From the NCBI GenBank assembly GCA_038245905.1, contig JBBRRY010000001.1, positions 64,001-128,000 on the forward strand: a stretch of DNA of 64,000 nucleotides, given 5' to 3'. This document shows positions 29,149-39,568 of this stretch, piece after piece (position 1 is the first letter of the stretch; every line of letters starts with the position of its first letter). The notes under the pieces are model-generated. The model was not told where the DNA came from. It saw only the letters and a list, made by a program, of their open reading frames with translations, and did no database searches. The DNA comes from Thermoanaerobaculia bacterium (GTDB lineage: Bacteria; Acidobacteriota; Thermoanaerobaculia; UBA5066). Position numbers and translations under genes: made by a program.

Positions 29149-30365
29149 TTCCGCTTGTCCCAGGGCACCATCGGGTAGAGCGCTTCCTTCTCGGCCACGT
29201 TCGCGGGGAAGACGGTGTACTTCCTCCCGTCCGGCTGGAGCTGCTCGATCGCCATCGGCTTGTAGATGTTGATCCCGCGGGAGTCGAACTTGATCTGCCC
29301 GTAGAACGTCATGATGTCGAGCGCCGCGATGGCGTCGCGGACGTTCGACGGGTCGAGCGAGTTCGCCTTCTCGATGGCGCGCCAGAACGCGATGACGGCG
29401 GCCGAGGACTCGGCGACCTGGTAGGGGATGACGGAGTACTTCGGGTTCTTCGCCCGGAACGCGTCGCCATAGGCTTTCGGCGTCTTCCACGGGTCGTCGC
29501 CGTTGTACTTGAGCGCTTCCGTCCACTGCGTCGCACCGAAGATGTAGTCCGCGTTGCTCTTCAGGTTCTCGCGGAACTCCGGCGACGAGGGTCCGACCGA
29601 AAAGCCCATCGCCTTGGGCGAGACGCCGAGGTCCTTGGCCTGCTTGACGATGAGGAGCGCGTCCTGCAGGTGGCCGGCCCCGAGGACGATGTCGGGGTTC
29701 TTCGCCTTGATGTTCGTCAGGAGCGCGCTCACGTCCTGCGTGCCGGTCGGATACAGCTCCTGGTAGACGACCGTGAGGCCCTTCTCCTTCGCGTAATCGG
29801 CGCCGCCGGAGGCCACTTCCTTGGAGAACGGCTCGTTCTCGCCGAGGACCGCCACGGTCTTCGCGGTCTTGTCCCTCGCGATCACGAGGTCGATGAGGCC
29901 CTTGAGGTAGAGCTTCGCGGGGGAGAGGACGGCGAACGTGTACTTGTAGCCCTTGTTGAAGATCGACTCGGCCGAGCCGTTCGCCTCGATCATCGGGATC
30001 TTGTACTTCTCGCAGATCGGGGCGGCCGTGCCCGAGGGGGCGGAGCCATACGGGCCGAGGATGAACGTGACCTTGTCCTCGTTGATGAGCTTCTCGATGA
30101 GCTGGGCCGTCCGCTCGGACTTCGACTCGTCGTCGTAGTACTTGACGCTGACCTTGTACTTCTTCCCGCCGACCGTGATTCCGCCGATTTCGTTGAGCTT
30201 GTCGACGAAGAAGTTGTAGCCGTCCCGGGTGTACTCGCCTTCCTTGGCGGTCTTGCCGGTCAGCGAGACGGCGGCGCCGAAGACGATCGTGTCCTCGGCA
30301 GGAGCGGGCAGAGCGGAGACGAGAAGCAGGAATGCGAGCAGCGGGACCAGCGCGGTACGCTCCAT
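29145..30365 (-). CDS. ABC substrate-binding protein (LivK family)
   Basis: signal peptide; FGAAVSLTG, YYDDES, LGPYGS. Confidence 0.9.
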   Translation of the reverse strand: MERTALVPLLAFLLLVSALPAPAEDTIVFGAAVSLTGKTAKEGEYTRDGYNFFVDKLNEIGGITVGGKKYKVSVKYYDDESKSERTAQLIEKLINEDKVTFILGPYGSAPSGTAAPICEKYKIPMIEANGSAESIFNKGYKYTFAVLSPAKLYLKGLIDLVIARDKTAKTVAVLGENEPFSKEVASGGADYAKEKGLTVVYQELYPTGTQDVSALLTNIKAKNPDIVLGAGHLQDALLIVKQAKDLGVSPKAMGFSVGPSSPEFRENLKSNADYIFGATQWTEALKYNGDDPWKTPKAYGDAFRAKNPKYSVIPYQVAESSAAVIAFWRAIEKANSLDPSNVRDAIAALDIMTFYGQIKFDSRGINIYKPMAIEQLQPDGRKYTVFPANVAEKEALYPMVPWDKRK

Positions 30366-30445
30366 CGAGAGCCTCCTGTGACCGGGTCGGGTAATTTGTG
30401 CGGGAACTATACCCGAGGGATCAATGCGCGGGGAGGGGGAAGAGA

Positions 30446-30901
30446 GTGGCCGTGGCCGATGTCCAGCGCTTCGTCGGGGTGTGGGATCTTGAGGGAATTG
30501 AAGACGAAGATTTCTTTGAAGGTACGAGGGGAAGGGTGCCGGCTGTCGGCCTTGAGCGGCCTGTGGGGCTCCTCATCTACCTCGCTTCGGGCGAGATGTC
30601 GGTGAACTTTGCCGGGTCCTCCCGCATTCACTTTCTAAGAGAATTCTTCCCGTCCCCCTCCGAGCTCGCGGCGGCCGGCGCCGCGTACGGCGGGTATGCG
30701 GGGCGGTGGGAGCTGGACGAGGCGCGCCACGAGGTGCTGCATCACGCGGAGGTCGCCTTCATCCCGAATCGCGTCGGCCGGACGATCCGCCGCTCTTACT
30801 CATTCGCAGAAGAATCTTCTCTTCTCTCTCTTCGTCCCATCGCGCTCTCGCCGCACGAGAAGGCGCCAGAACGGACCCTGAAGTGGAGACGGCGGACCTG
30901 A
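30446..30901 (+). CDS. lipocalin-like domain protein (start approximate)
   Basis: FVGVWDL...G.LIY..SG.MSV...Y.G.W...HH...F.PN. Confidence 0.7.
   Translation: MAVADVQRFVGVWDLEGIEDEDFFEGTRGRVPAVGLERPVGLLIYLASGEMSVNFAGSSRIHFLREFFPSPSELAAAGAAYGGYAGRWELDEARHEVLHHAEVAFIPNRVGRTIRRSYSFAEESSLLSLRPIALSPHEKAPERTLKWRRRT
30506..30649. repeat. convergent motif pair F
   Basis: fwd GAAGATTTCTTTGAAGG 30506-30522; rev 30630-30649 reads GAAGAATTCTCTTAGAAAGT. Confidence 0.8.
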
Positions 30902-30919
30902 AGAGGGCGCCGCGAGGCG

Positions 30920-31624
30920 TCAGACGCCGAGGTAGGCCTCTTTTACGTGCTCGTCGTTCAGGAGATCTTTCCCCGTGCCCTCGAGCACGATGCGCCCGTT
31001 TTCGAGAACGTAGGCGCGGTCGGCGACCGCGAGCGTCTTGAAGACGTTCTGCTCGATAAGAAGCACCGTGACGCCGGCGTCGTGGACCTCCTGGATGACG
31101 CGGAAGATGTCCGTGACGAGGATCGGGGACAGGCCGAGAGAGGGCTCGTCGAGCATGAGCAGGCGCGGCTTCGACATGAGGCCGCGGGCGATCGCGCACA
31201 TCTGCTGCTCGCCGCCCGACATCGTGCCGGCCGCCTGCTTCTCGCGCTCCTTGAGGCGCGGGAAGATTCCGTAAACCTTTTCGAGCATCTCCGGGCGCGA
31301 CTTCTTCGCGCCCGGAGTGAGCGCGCCGAGGAGGAGGTTCTCCTTGACGGTCATCTCGGGAAACAGACGGCGCGCCTCCGGCACATGGGCAATCCCGAGC
31401 CCGACGAGGTCGTGTGGCGCGCGCGAGTGGAGGGGCTGGCCCTCGTAGGTCACGGAGCCTTTGCGAGGGGTCAGGATCGACGAGACCGTGTTCAGGCTCG
31501 TCGTCTTGCCGGAGCCGTTCGCGCCGATGAGAGCCACGATCTCGCCCTTCTGGACGTTGAAGCTCACGTCCCAGAGGACCTGGACGTCACCGTAAAAGAC
31601 ATCGACTCCCTTGACGTCAAGCAT
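30920..31624 (-). CDS. livF: ABC ATPase (LivF-like)
   Basis: GANGSGKT, MSGGEQQM, LDEPSLGL. Confidence 0.92.
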   Translation of the reverse strand: MLDVKGVDVFYGDVQVLWDVSFNVQKGEIVALIGANGSGKTTSLNTVSSILTPRKGSVTYEGQPLHSRAPHDLVGLGIAHVPEARRLFPEMTVKENLLLGALTPGAKKSRPEMLEKVYGIFPRLKEREKQAAGTMSGGEQQMCAIARGLMSKPRLLMLDEPSLGLSPILVTDIFRVIQEVHDAGVTVLLIEQNVFKTLAVADRAYVLENGRIVLEGTGKDLLNDEHVKEAYLGV

Positions 31625-32336
31625 GCGCGGCTCCCAGATACGCCTCGATCACGGCGGGGTCGTTCGCGACTTCCTGGGGCGTGCCCTGCGAGATCTTCTC
31701 GCCGTAGCACATGCAGAGGAGGCGCTGGGAGATCGACATGATGACGCGCATGTTGTGCTCGATGATGAGGATCGTGACGCCGCTTTCGTGGATCTTGCGG
31801 ACGATTGCGATCGTCTTCTCGACCTCGGCGGGGTTGAGTCCGGCGAAGTTCTCGTCGAGGAGAAGGATGTCGGGCTTCGTCGCGAGAGCGCGGGCCATCT
31901 CGAGGCGCTTGCGCATTCCGAGGGGAAGGCTTCCGGCCGTCCGGTCGCGCCAGGCCTCCATCTCCGTGAACGCCGTCGCCTCCATCGCCATCGCGCGCGC
32001 CTCGTCGCGATGATCGGTCCGGCAGAACGCCGAGACCATCACGTTCTCGAGGACCGTGAGGCGCGCGAGGGGCTTCACGACCTGAAAAGTCCGCGCGAGG
32101 CCGCGATGGCAGACCTCGTAGGGTTTGAGGCCGTCGATGCGCTCGCCCTTGAAGATGATTTCGCCCGAAGTCAGCGGGAAATACCCGTTGATGAGATTGA
32201 AGACCGTCGTCTTGCCGGCGCCATTCGGTCCGATGAGACCGAAGATCTCGCCTCGTTCGATCGTGAACGCCATGTTGCCCACGGCCTGGAGGCCGCCGAA
32301 CCTCTTCGTGACGCCCTTCAGCTCGAGGAGACTCAT
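31617..32336 (-). CDS. livG: ABC ATPase (LivG-like)
   Basis: KRFGGL, GPNGAGKTT, ARTFQ. Confidence 0.9.
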   Translation of the reverse strand: MSLLELKGVTKRFGGLQAVGNMAFTIERGEIFGLIGPNGAGKTTVFNLINGYFPLTSGEIIFKGERIDGLKPYEVCHRGLARTFQVVKPLARLTVLENVMVSAFCRTDHRDEARAMAMEATAFTEMEAWRDRTAGSLPLGMRKRLEMARALATKPDILLLDENFAGLNPAEVEKTIAIVRKIHESGVTILIIEHNMRVIMSISQRLLCMCYGEKISQGTPQEVANDPAVIEAYLGAAHA

Positions 32337-33298
32337 GAGGCCTCCTTCGACGCGGCGCCCGCCGCGCGCCTGGCCCGGTAGCTCATCCAGTGCTCCCGGA
32401 GTGTTCCGACGATGCCGTGGGGGAAGAAGATGATGATCACGATGATGAGAATCCCGAAAAAGAGCAGATGCCCCGACTTCAGGAAGACCCGGAAGGCCTC
32501 CGAGAGAAGGATGTAGAGGACGGCGCCCACGGCCGGGCCCGCCATCGTGGCCGCGCCACCGAGCATCGTGACGAGAATCATCATGATCGAGATGTCCGAG
32601 AGCGAGAACACGATGCCCGGGTCGATGAAGCCCATGTAGTTCATGTAGAACGCGCCTGCGACACCCGTGAAGAACGCGCTGATGAGGAGCGAGTAGAGCT
32701 TGTACTTCGTCGTGTTGATCCCGAGCGATTCGGCGCAGTCCTGATCCTCGCGGATCGCGAGAAAGTAAAACCCGAGCTTGCTGCGCATGACCGCGCGGAT
32801 CGTCAGGAAGCTCACGGCGGCGAGCGCGAGGATGATCCAGTAGTACGCGGCCTTCGAGTTGAAGGCCGGGATGTAAAGGATCCCTTCCGCGCCGTTCGTG
32901 AGCTGCTTCCAGTTCACGGCGATCAGCCGCAGGACCTCGGCGAGGGCGAGGATCGAGAGGGAGAAATAGGGTCCGCGCAGGCGGAAGCAGATCCACCCGA
33001 GGACCGCGCCGACGAGGGCGGCGACGATCCCTCCGAGGAGAAGCCCCCACCATGCCGCCGCGGGTGAAAGGCCGAACTTCACCATGATGGCCGACGTGTA
33101 GGCGCCAACGCCGAAGAACGCGGCATGGCCGTAGGAAACCTGGCCCGTGTAGCCGCCGAGGAGGTTCCAGCTCTGCCCGAGGAGAACCCAGAGGAAGACC
33201 ATGACGAGCATGTGGAGAACGTAGGTATTCGAGACGAAGAGCGGGACGAGAGCGAGGCCGACGACGGACCCCGCGGCGAGAAGGAGCTTCCGCGTCAT
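32333..33298 (-). CDS. livM: ABC permease (LivM-like)
   Basis: WNLLGGYTGQVSYGHAAF, RLRGPYF. Confidence 0.9.
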   Translation of the reverse strand: MTRKLLLAAGSVVGLALVPLFVSNTYVLHMLVMVFLWVLLGQSWNLLGGYTGQVSYGHAAFFGVGAYTSAIMVKFGLSPAAAWWGLLLGGIVAALVGAVLGWICFRLRGPYFSLSILALAEVLRLIAVNWKQLTNGAEGILYIPAFNSKAAYYWIILALAAVSFLTIRAVMRSKLGFYFLAIREDQDCAESLGINTTKYKLYSLLISAFFTGVAGAFYMNYMGFIDPGIVFSLSDISIMMILVTMLGGAATMAGPAVGAVLYILLSEAFRVFLKSGHLLFFGILIIVIIIFFPHGIVGTLREHWMSYRARRAAGAASKEAS

Positions 33299-33302
33299 CG
33301 GA

Positions 33303-34226
33303 TCACGCCCGTCCCTTTCCGAGGAGGCCCTTCGGCAGGAAGATGAGGACGAGAACGAAGATGATGAAGCCGAACGCGTCCTTGTAACCGAGCGAGATGT
33401 AGACGGATCCGAGCGACTCGGCGAGCCCGAGGACGAGGCCGCCGAGGACGGCGCCCGGGATGTTTCCGAGCCCGCCGAGGACCGTGATCACGAACGCCTT
33501 GCTCGTGAACGGCCCTCCGATCTGCGGGTAGAGGTAGTAGACGGGGTCGAGGAGAGCGCCCGCGGCGCCCACGAGGGCCGAGCCGAGGCCGAACGTGATG
33601 TACGTGATCCGCTTCGTGTTGATTCCCATGAGGGACGCGGCGCGCTTGTCCTGCGCCGTCGCGCGGATCATCCGGCCCGTGTCCGTCATCCCGAGAAAGA
33701 GGAACAGCGCCGCCCCGAGGGCGACCGCGATCCCGAACGCGACGAGGAACGGATAGCTGAAGGATAGCGAGATCGTCTGCCCGCCCATCTTCACGTCCCA
33801 GTAGATCGTCTTGGAGGCATACGAGACGGGCACCGACCGGTAGTTGGCGGAAAAGAGAAGGAGCGCGAGATTCGAGAGGACGAGGCCGATGCCCACCGTG
33901 AGGAGAACCTGATTCTGCGGGAGCACCGAGTCGGCGTTCATGACCGGAGTGATGAGGAACTTCTGGATGGCGACGCCGAGCAGGAACATCGCCGGACAGA
34001 CGACGAGGAGCGAAACGTACGGGTCCACCTTCGCGAGGGTGAACATCCAGTACGTCGCGTACATCGCGACCATCATCAGCTCGCCGTGTGCGAGGTTGAT
34101 GATCTTCATGACGCCCATGATCAGGGACATTCCGAGCCCGATCAGGGCGTAGAGCCCCCCGAGCAGGATCCCCGAGATGAGGACCTGCACGAGAAGCTCG
34201 ATCTGTCCGGCGACCTGAGGTGACAT
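33303..34226 (-). CDS. livH: ABC permease (LivH-like)
   Basis: [18 protein letters not shown]. Confidence 0.9.
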   Translation of the reverse strand: MSPQVAGQIELLVQVLISGILLGGLYALIGLGMSLIMGVMKIINLAHGELMMVAMYATYWMFTLAKVDPYVSLLVVCPAMFLLGVAIQKFLITPVMNADSVLPQNQVLLTVGIGLVLSNLALLLFSANYRSVPVSYASKTIYWDVKMGGQTISLSFSYPFLVAFGIAVALGAALFLFLGMTDTGRMIRATAQDKRAASLMGINTKRITYITFGLGSALVGAAGALLDPVYYLYPQIGGPFTSKAFVITVLGGLGNIPGAVLGGLVLGLAESLGSVYISLGYKDAFGFIIFVLVLIFLPKGLLGKGRA

Positions 34227-34246
34227 GTGCTCCGTCCGTGTCCCCG

Positions 34247-35452
34247 CTACTTGCGGTCGCGCCAGCGCGGGACCGGGTATACGTACTTCGCGGAGGCGCC
34301 TTCCGGCGGCCAGATGGTTTCGAACTTGCCCTTGATGACTTGGAGGACGAGTGTCTCCATGCTGTTCTGGTTCGTGAACTTGTCCCAGGCTTTGAACTTC
34401 ACGGGGCCAAAAGCCGTCATCATGTCCGTCGCGGCGAGAGCTTCGCGGAGGTCCTCGGGTGTGTTCGCCTTCGTGCGCTTGAGGACGTCGGCGAGGACGT
34501 AGGCGGCGGCGTAGGCCTCGACGCCGTGATAGTCCGGCTCCTTACCGTACTTCTTCTTGAAGTTGTCGAAGAACTCCTTCGCGCCGGGGTACTTCGCCTG
34601 CGGCGTCCAGAGGGTCGCGGACATGCAGAACTCCGAGGCGTCCGCAGCGTTCTGGAGGAACTCGGGAAGCGTGTGGCCCGCGCCGCCTCCGATGAAGGCC
34701 TGCGCGTTGAGGTCGAGCTCCTTGGACTGCCGCATGAGGAGCGAGGCGTCCATGAGGTACGACACCATGTAGACGATGTCGGGGCGGAGGGACTTCACCT
34801 TCTGGAGGATGGGCTTGAAATCCACGCCGCCGGACTGGTAGCCCTCGGAGAGGACGACGCTCACGCCGTGAGAGTCGCAGTATTCCTTCATCGCCTTCGA
34901 CGTCGAGTTCCCGAAGTCGGTGTTCTCGTAGAGGATCGCGATCGTCTTGGGCTTGGCGATCTTCTCGAAGAACCCGAAGACTCCCATGTTGTAGAGGCTC
35001 GCTGGCGGATTCAGGCGGTAGACGTATTTCCAGCCCTGCTGGGTGATCTTGTCGGCGGCGCCGGTGACCACGAGATACGGGACCTTGTACTTCTCGGCGA
35101 TGCCGGCGACGGCATACGAGCACTGGCTCGTGTACTCGCCGACTACGATCGGGTACTTGTTCGTCCCAATGAACTTCTCGACGATGGCCGTGGCGGTATC
35201 GGGCTTGCCGCCCGAGTCCTGGATGTCGAGGACGAGCTTGACGCCCTTGACGCCGCCCTTCGCGTTGATCTCCTCGACGGCCATCTCGTAGGCCTGCTTC
35301 TCCATCTCGCCGAACTTAGCCTCGGCGCCGGTCAGGGGAAGAGGAACCCCGACCGTGAAAGTCTTGCCCTGCGCGAGCAGCGGCGAGGCGGCGAGGCCTA
35401 CGGCGAGGAGCGCGAGCGTCGCCAGTTGCATGGGGCGTGGTTTCGTCATCAT
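34247..35452 (-). CDS. ABC substrate-binding protein (LivK family)
   Basis: signal peptide; [16 protein letters not shown]. Confidence 0.9.
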   Translation of the reverse strand: MMTKPRPMQLATLALLAVGLAASPLLAQGKTFTVGVPLPLTGAEAKFGEMEKQAYEMAVEEINAKGGVKGVKLVLDIQDSGGKPDTATAIVEKFIGTNKYPIVVGEYTSQCSYAVAGIAEKYKVPYLVVTGAADKITQQGWKYVYRLNPPASLYNMGVFGFFEKIAKPKTIAILYENTDFGNSTSKAMKEYCDSHGVSVVLSEGYQSGGVDFKPILQKVKSLRPDIVYMVSYLMDASLLMRQSKELDLNAQAFIGGGAGHTLPEFLQNAADASEFCMSATLWTPQAKYPGAKEFFDNFKKKYGKEPDYHGVEAYAAAYVLADVLKRTKANTPEDLREALAATDMMTAFGPVKFKAWDKFTNQNSMETLVLQVIKGKFETIWPPEGASAKYVYPVPRWRDRK

Positions 35453-35552
35453 CCACCTCCGTTAGTCCATTTGTTCGTAGCCGCGCATATTTGGCCCGTT
35501 GCCCGGTAACCTTGCGATGATTCGGATGAACTAATCTCGACAGGGGGGGGTC

Positions 35553-36362
35553 ATGCTGGCCAACAAGCGCATCGCGATCATCGGGTCCGGAACGATGGGA
35601 CGGACCATCGCCTCCGGTCTCCTCAAGTCCGGCCGGGTGAAGCCGAAGCAGGTCCGGGCCACGGCCCGCACGAGGGTGAGCGCCGAGAGGGTCGCGGCGG
35701 AGCTGTCCGTGAACTGCACCACCGCGAACGCGGAAGCGGCCGCGGGAGCCGACCTTGTGATCCTGTGCGTCAAGCCGACGGACATCGCGAAAGCCGTCGA
35801 GAGCCTCGGGCGAGGCGGAAAGCGGCCCCTCGTTCTTTCGATCGCCGCCGGCATCAGCACGAGCTTTCTGGAGGGTCTGTTCGGGGACGACACGCCGGTC
35901 CTCCGGGCAATGCCGAACACTCCCTGCCTGATCGGCAAGGGGATGACGGTGCTCGCCAAGGGCAGCCACGCGACCGATGCGCACATCGCGCTCGCGACCG
36001 AGGTCTTCGCTCCCCTCGGCCGCGTTCTCGAGCTGGAAGAGAAGCACATGGACACGGTCACCGGTCTCTCGGCCAGCGGGCCAGCCTTCGTATACATCAT
36101 CATCGAGGCGCTCGCGGATGGCGGCGTGATGCGGGGCCTGCCGCGAAGCGTGGCCACGACCCTCGTGGCCCAGATGACGCTGGGAGCCGCGGAGATGGTC
36201 CTGACCACCGGGCGGCATCCCGCAGCTCTCAAGGACGACGTCACGACGCCCGCCGGCTGTACGATCGCGGGAATTCTCGCGCTCGAGGACGGCCGGATCC
36301 GGTCGGTGCTGGCGCGGGGCGTCGAAACGGCGGCGCGTGTGGCCGGGGAGCTCGGGAAGTAG
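35553..36362 (+). CDS. proC: pyrroline-5-carboxylate reductase
   Basis: GSGTMG, SIAAG, RAMPNTP, SASGPAF, VTTPAGCT. Confidence 0.95.
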   Translation: MLANKRIAIIGSGTMGRTIASGLLKSGRVKPKQVRATARTRVSAERVAAELSVNCTTANAEAAAGADLVILCVKPTDIAKAVESLGRGGKRPLVLSIAAGISTSFLEGLFGDDTPVLRAMPNTPCLIGKGMTVLAKGSHATDAHIALATEVFAPLGRVLELEEKHMDTVTGLSASGPAFVYIIIEALADGGVMRGLPRSVATTLVAQMTLGAAEMVLTTGRHPAALKDDVTTPAGCTIAGILALEDGRIRSVLARGVETAARVAGELGK

Positions 36363-36367
36363 GACCG

Positions 36368-37015
36368 CTAGTCGGTCTCGACGGCCACGTCGGACCAGGA
36401 CTTCGAAAGCTCGGCGCGGAGCGTCTCGGGCGGCGTGCCCTCGACGCGCATGACGAGCTCCCGCTTCCCCGCAGGGACCTTCGACGTGGACGTGAGAATC
36501 GAGAAGATCGTCCCGCCCTGTCCGCGTACCGCGTCCGCGACCTCGCGAATGCTGCCGGCGCGGTCGGGGATCACGAGATTCACGCGCGTGCGCTTCTTTC
36601 CGGCGCCCGTGACGTCGACGAGCGCCCTGAAGACGTCGCCCTCGGTCAGGATCCCGACGAGCGCTCCCTTTGCGTCGACGACCGGCAGGCCTTCGACCCT
36701 CTTCTCGAGCATGACCTGAGCGGCCCGCTCGATCGGCGTCTCGGGCGTGACCGTGACGGGCTTTTTCGTCATGATGTCGCCGATCTTCAGCTTGTCGAGG
36801 ACCGCGTGGAGCTCCCAGATGTCGAGCGTCGTGGCGCGGGACGGGGAGACGTCCTTGAGGTCCCGGTCGGACACGATTCCGACTAGCTTCCCGCCCTCGT
36901 TGACGATCGGGATCCTGCGAATCCGCTTCTCCTTCATGAGGTGAATCGCGGTCGAGATCGAGTCGGTCGGCTGGAGCGTGAGTACTTTCGGGGACATCCA
37001 CTTCGAGACGCGCAT
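36368..37015 (-). CDS. CBS-pair + ACT domain protein (AcuB-like)
   Basis: two CBS repeats (LVGIVSDRDL, LVGILTEGD) and C-terminal PDRAG ACT. Confidence 0.85.
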   Translation of the reverse strand: MRVSKWMSPKVLTLQPTDSISTAIHLMKEKRIRRIPIVNEGGKLVGIVSDRDLKDVSPSRATTLDIWELHAVLDKLKIGDIMTKKPVTVTPETPIERAAQVMLEKRVEGLPVVDAKGALVGILTEGDVFRALVDVTGAGKKRTRVNLVIPDRAGSIREVADAVRGQGGTIFSILTSTSKVPAGKRELVMRVEGTPPETLRAELSKSWSDVAVETD

Positions 37016-37081
37016 GGGGAAACCTCCGTCGGCGGCTCGATTCAACCCGGAATGGCCGCGCGGAGCGATGATTCCCCTGAA

Positions 37082-39562
37082 TCAGGTCACGGGTCTCGAG
37101 GGGCGAACGGCCTCGAAGCCCGGCGGCACGGCGCCCAGGCCGAGCGTGACCTCGAGATCGTCGGCGGGCACCGGCCGGCCGAACAGGAAGCCCTGCACGT
37201 CCGCGCAACCCATATCGCCGAGAAGGGCGGCCTGTTCCTCCGTCTCGACACCCTCGGCGGTGACATCGAGACCGAGGTTGGCGGCAATCGCGATGATCGT
37301 GGCGACGATCGCCTTGTCCTTCTCGTCCTTGACCATGCCGGCCACGAAGGACTGGTCGATCTTCAGCCGCCGGATCGGGAAGTGCTTCAAATAGTTCAAA
37401 GACGAATGGCCCGTCCCGAAGTCGTCCATCGAGATATGGACGCCGAGGTCGTTCAGCTCGGAAAGGATGCGGCCCGTTTGCGTCACGTCCTGCATCGCGA
37501 TGCTCTCGGTAATCTCGAGCTCGAGGAACGCCGGAGCGAGGCCTGATTCCTCTACGATCCGGCGCACCGCGGCGGCGAAGTCCCGCTGATGAAACTGGCG
37601 CGCCGACACGTTCACGGAAATGCGGAGGCTCGAAGCGCCGCGCGCGTGCCACGCCACGAGCTGCTCGCAGGAGCGGCGGAGGACCCACTCGCCCACGCGG
37701 GTGATGAGGCCGACGTCCTCGGCGAGAGGGATGAACTCGCGTGGCGACAGGATCCCCTTCTCGGGATGCTGCCAGCGGACGAGCGCTTCCACGCCGATCG
37801 GGACGCGGGTCGCGAGGCGGAGGATCGGCTGGTAGTGGAGGATGAACTCGCCGCGGGGCAGCGCGCGCCTGAGTCCGCTCTCCATCACCGCGCGCTCCTG
37901 GGACTGCTCCTGCATCTTCTGCGTGAAAAACTGGAAGCTGTTGCGGCCCGTCTCCTTCGCGCGGTACATCGCGGTATCGACGTTCGCGACGAGCATCTCA
38001 GCGTTCTCGCCGTCGCCCGGGTAGAGGCCGATGCCGATGGACGCCTCGACGAAAAGCTCGCGCTTCTGGATCAGGAACGGCTCCGAGATCACCTGCAGGA
38101 TCTTCCGCGCCATCGTCGCCGCGTCGGCCTCGCGCCCGATTCCGTTCATGAGGAGAAGGAACTCGTCCCCACCTACGCGCGCCACGGTGTCGTCCGAGCG
38201 GATGCAGCGCCGAAGGCGGTCGGCCGCCTTCACGAGAAGCTCGTCGCCTGCCGAGTGGCCGAGCGTGTCGTTGACGCGCTTGAAGTGGTCGAGGTCGAGG
38301 AACATGACCGCGAGAGACTGGCGCCTCCTCTGTGCGTGAAGGATCGCGAGAGAGAGCCGGTCGTTGAAAAGAACCCGATTCGGCAGATCGGTCAAGGCGT
38401 CGTGATTCGCCTGATGCCAGCGCTGCTGCTCGGCATGTTTGCGGTCGGTGATGTCGATGAGGCTGCCTTCCATCACGGCCGCGCCCCCTCCCTCGGGCTC
38501 GAGGAGGCTCTCGTTCGCGAGCACCCAAACGGTCGAGCCGTCGCGGCGCTTCAGGCAGAGCTCGAAATTGACGAGCACCCGCTGGCGTGCCAGCCGCGCC
38601 AGGAAGGACTCGCGGTCCGAGGGGTCGGCGTAGAGGTCCAGTGCCGAAACCTTCAGGACATCGTCACGGGAGGAATATCCGAGGATGCGCGCGAATGCGG
38701 AATTGCAGTCGAGAATTCGGCCGTCCAGAGTTGTCCGGAAGAGGCCGGCGAGATTCCGCTCGAAGAGAAGCCGGTACCGTTGCTCCGACGAACGGAGAGC
38801 GTCGTCCCGGCGGCGCAGGAGGCGCGCGATCAGAGCCGACGCGCCGACCACGAGGGCTCCCAGAAGAACCGTCATGGCGAGAATCGCGACGATCAGGCGG
38901 CCGCGAACCCAGCGGGTCGCCTGCAGCATAGTCGCCGAGAAGGCATCCTCGAGGATCGTGGCGCGATCGTTGAGCCGGTCGATTTCCTTCGCGAAGCCCG
39001 CGTGCACGTCGGGTAACATCGGGGACGATGCCGCGTGGATGCGCGCGCCGAGCTCGAGCGTCTCGTCGACGAGCCCGTCCGCGCGCTCCCAGATCTCGAT
39101 CGCACGGGGAAAGACGGCAACGTTCTGGAACCGCAGGAAGAGGCGGATCATCTCGTCCACATTGGCTCCGCCATTGCGCCCCTCCAGGAAGCCCTGTTGG
39201 GCCGCCGCCAGGTCCGGCCGAGGTCGTTGCAGGGCCAGCCGCGCCTTGCGGTCTCCGAGCGGGACGCCGAGCCGGCCCACGAAGCGCCTGTAGTCCGACT
39301 CGTCCCCGGTATCGAGGTATCGCGAGAGGGCGAGCGACCCATCCTTCTGGCCCTTGGCCCAGTGGGACTCGGCGCTCACGAAAGACTGCAGGCCGGCGAG
39401 GACGTTCAGTCCGAAAGTGCCAACGGCCACGAGCGCGACGATGACGATGACGAAGAGGCCGACGAGGATCGCAATCCAGCGCGCAACCGGTAGAGCAGGT
39501 TTGGCGATCGCCGTTGCCCCTGAGCGAGGCCTCGACGCGTTCGCATTCACCGGGTTGGACAC
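37082..39562 (-). CDS. membrane sensor-PAS-GGDEF-EAL protein
   Basis: 2 TM, PAS, HDALTDLPNR, GGDEF, EALVRW, DDFGTG. Confidence 0.93.
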   Translation of the reverse strand: MSNPVNANASRPRSGATAIAKPALPVARWIAILVGLFVIVIVALVAVGTFGLNVLAGLQSFVSAESHWAKGQKDGSLALSRYLDTGDESDYRRFVGRLGVPLGDRKARLALQRPRPDLAAAQQGFLEGRNGGANVDEMIRLFLRFQNVAVFPRAIEIWERADGLVDETLELGARIHAASSPMLPDVHAGFAKEIDRLNDRATILEDAFSATMLQATRWVRGRLIVAILAMTVLLGALVVGASALIARLLRRRDDALRSSEQRYRLLFERNLAGLFRTTLDGRILDCNSAFARILGYSSRDDVLKVSALDLYADPSDRESFLARLARQRVLVNFELCLKRRDGSTVWVLANESLLEPEGGGAAVMEGSLIDITDRKHAEQQRWHQANHDALTDLPNRVLFNDRLSLAILHAQRRRQSLAVMFLDLDHFKRVNDTLGHSAGDELLVKAADRLRRCIRSDDTVARVGGDEFLLLMNGIGREADAATMARKILQVISEPFLIQKRELFVEASIGIGLYPGDGENAEMLVANVDTAMYRAKETGRNSFQFFTQKMQEQSQERAVMESGLRRALPRGEFILHYQPILRLATRVPIGVEALVRWQHPEKGILSPREFIPLAEDVGLITRVGEWVLRRSCEQLVAWHARGASSLRISVNVSARQFHQRDFAAAVRRIVEESGLAPAFLELEITESIAMQDVTQTGRILSELNDLGVHISMDDFGTGHSSLNYLKHFPIRRLKIDQSFVAGMVKDEKDKAIVATIIAIAANLGLDVTAEGVETEEQAALLGDMGCADVQGFLFGRPVPADDLEVTLGLGAVPPGFEAVRPSRPVT

Positions 39563-39568
39563 GAGCGA

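Noticed and set aside
19689-29526. Apparent giant fusion ORFs in the track (19689..21746, 25749..28055, 27311..29059, 28282..29526)
   Set aside because: The N-terminal extensions are off-frame read-through of upstream genes; the true starts overlap upstream stops. Only the LivG-LivF fusion is real.
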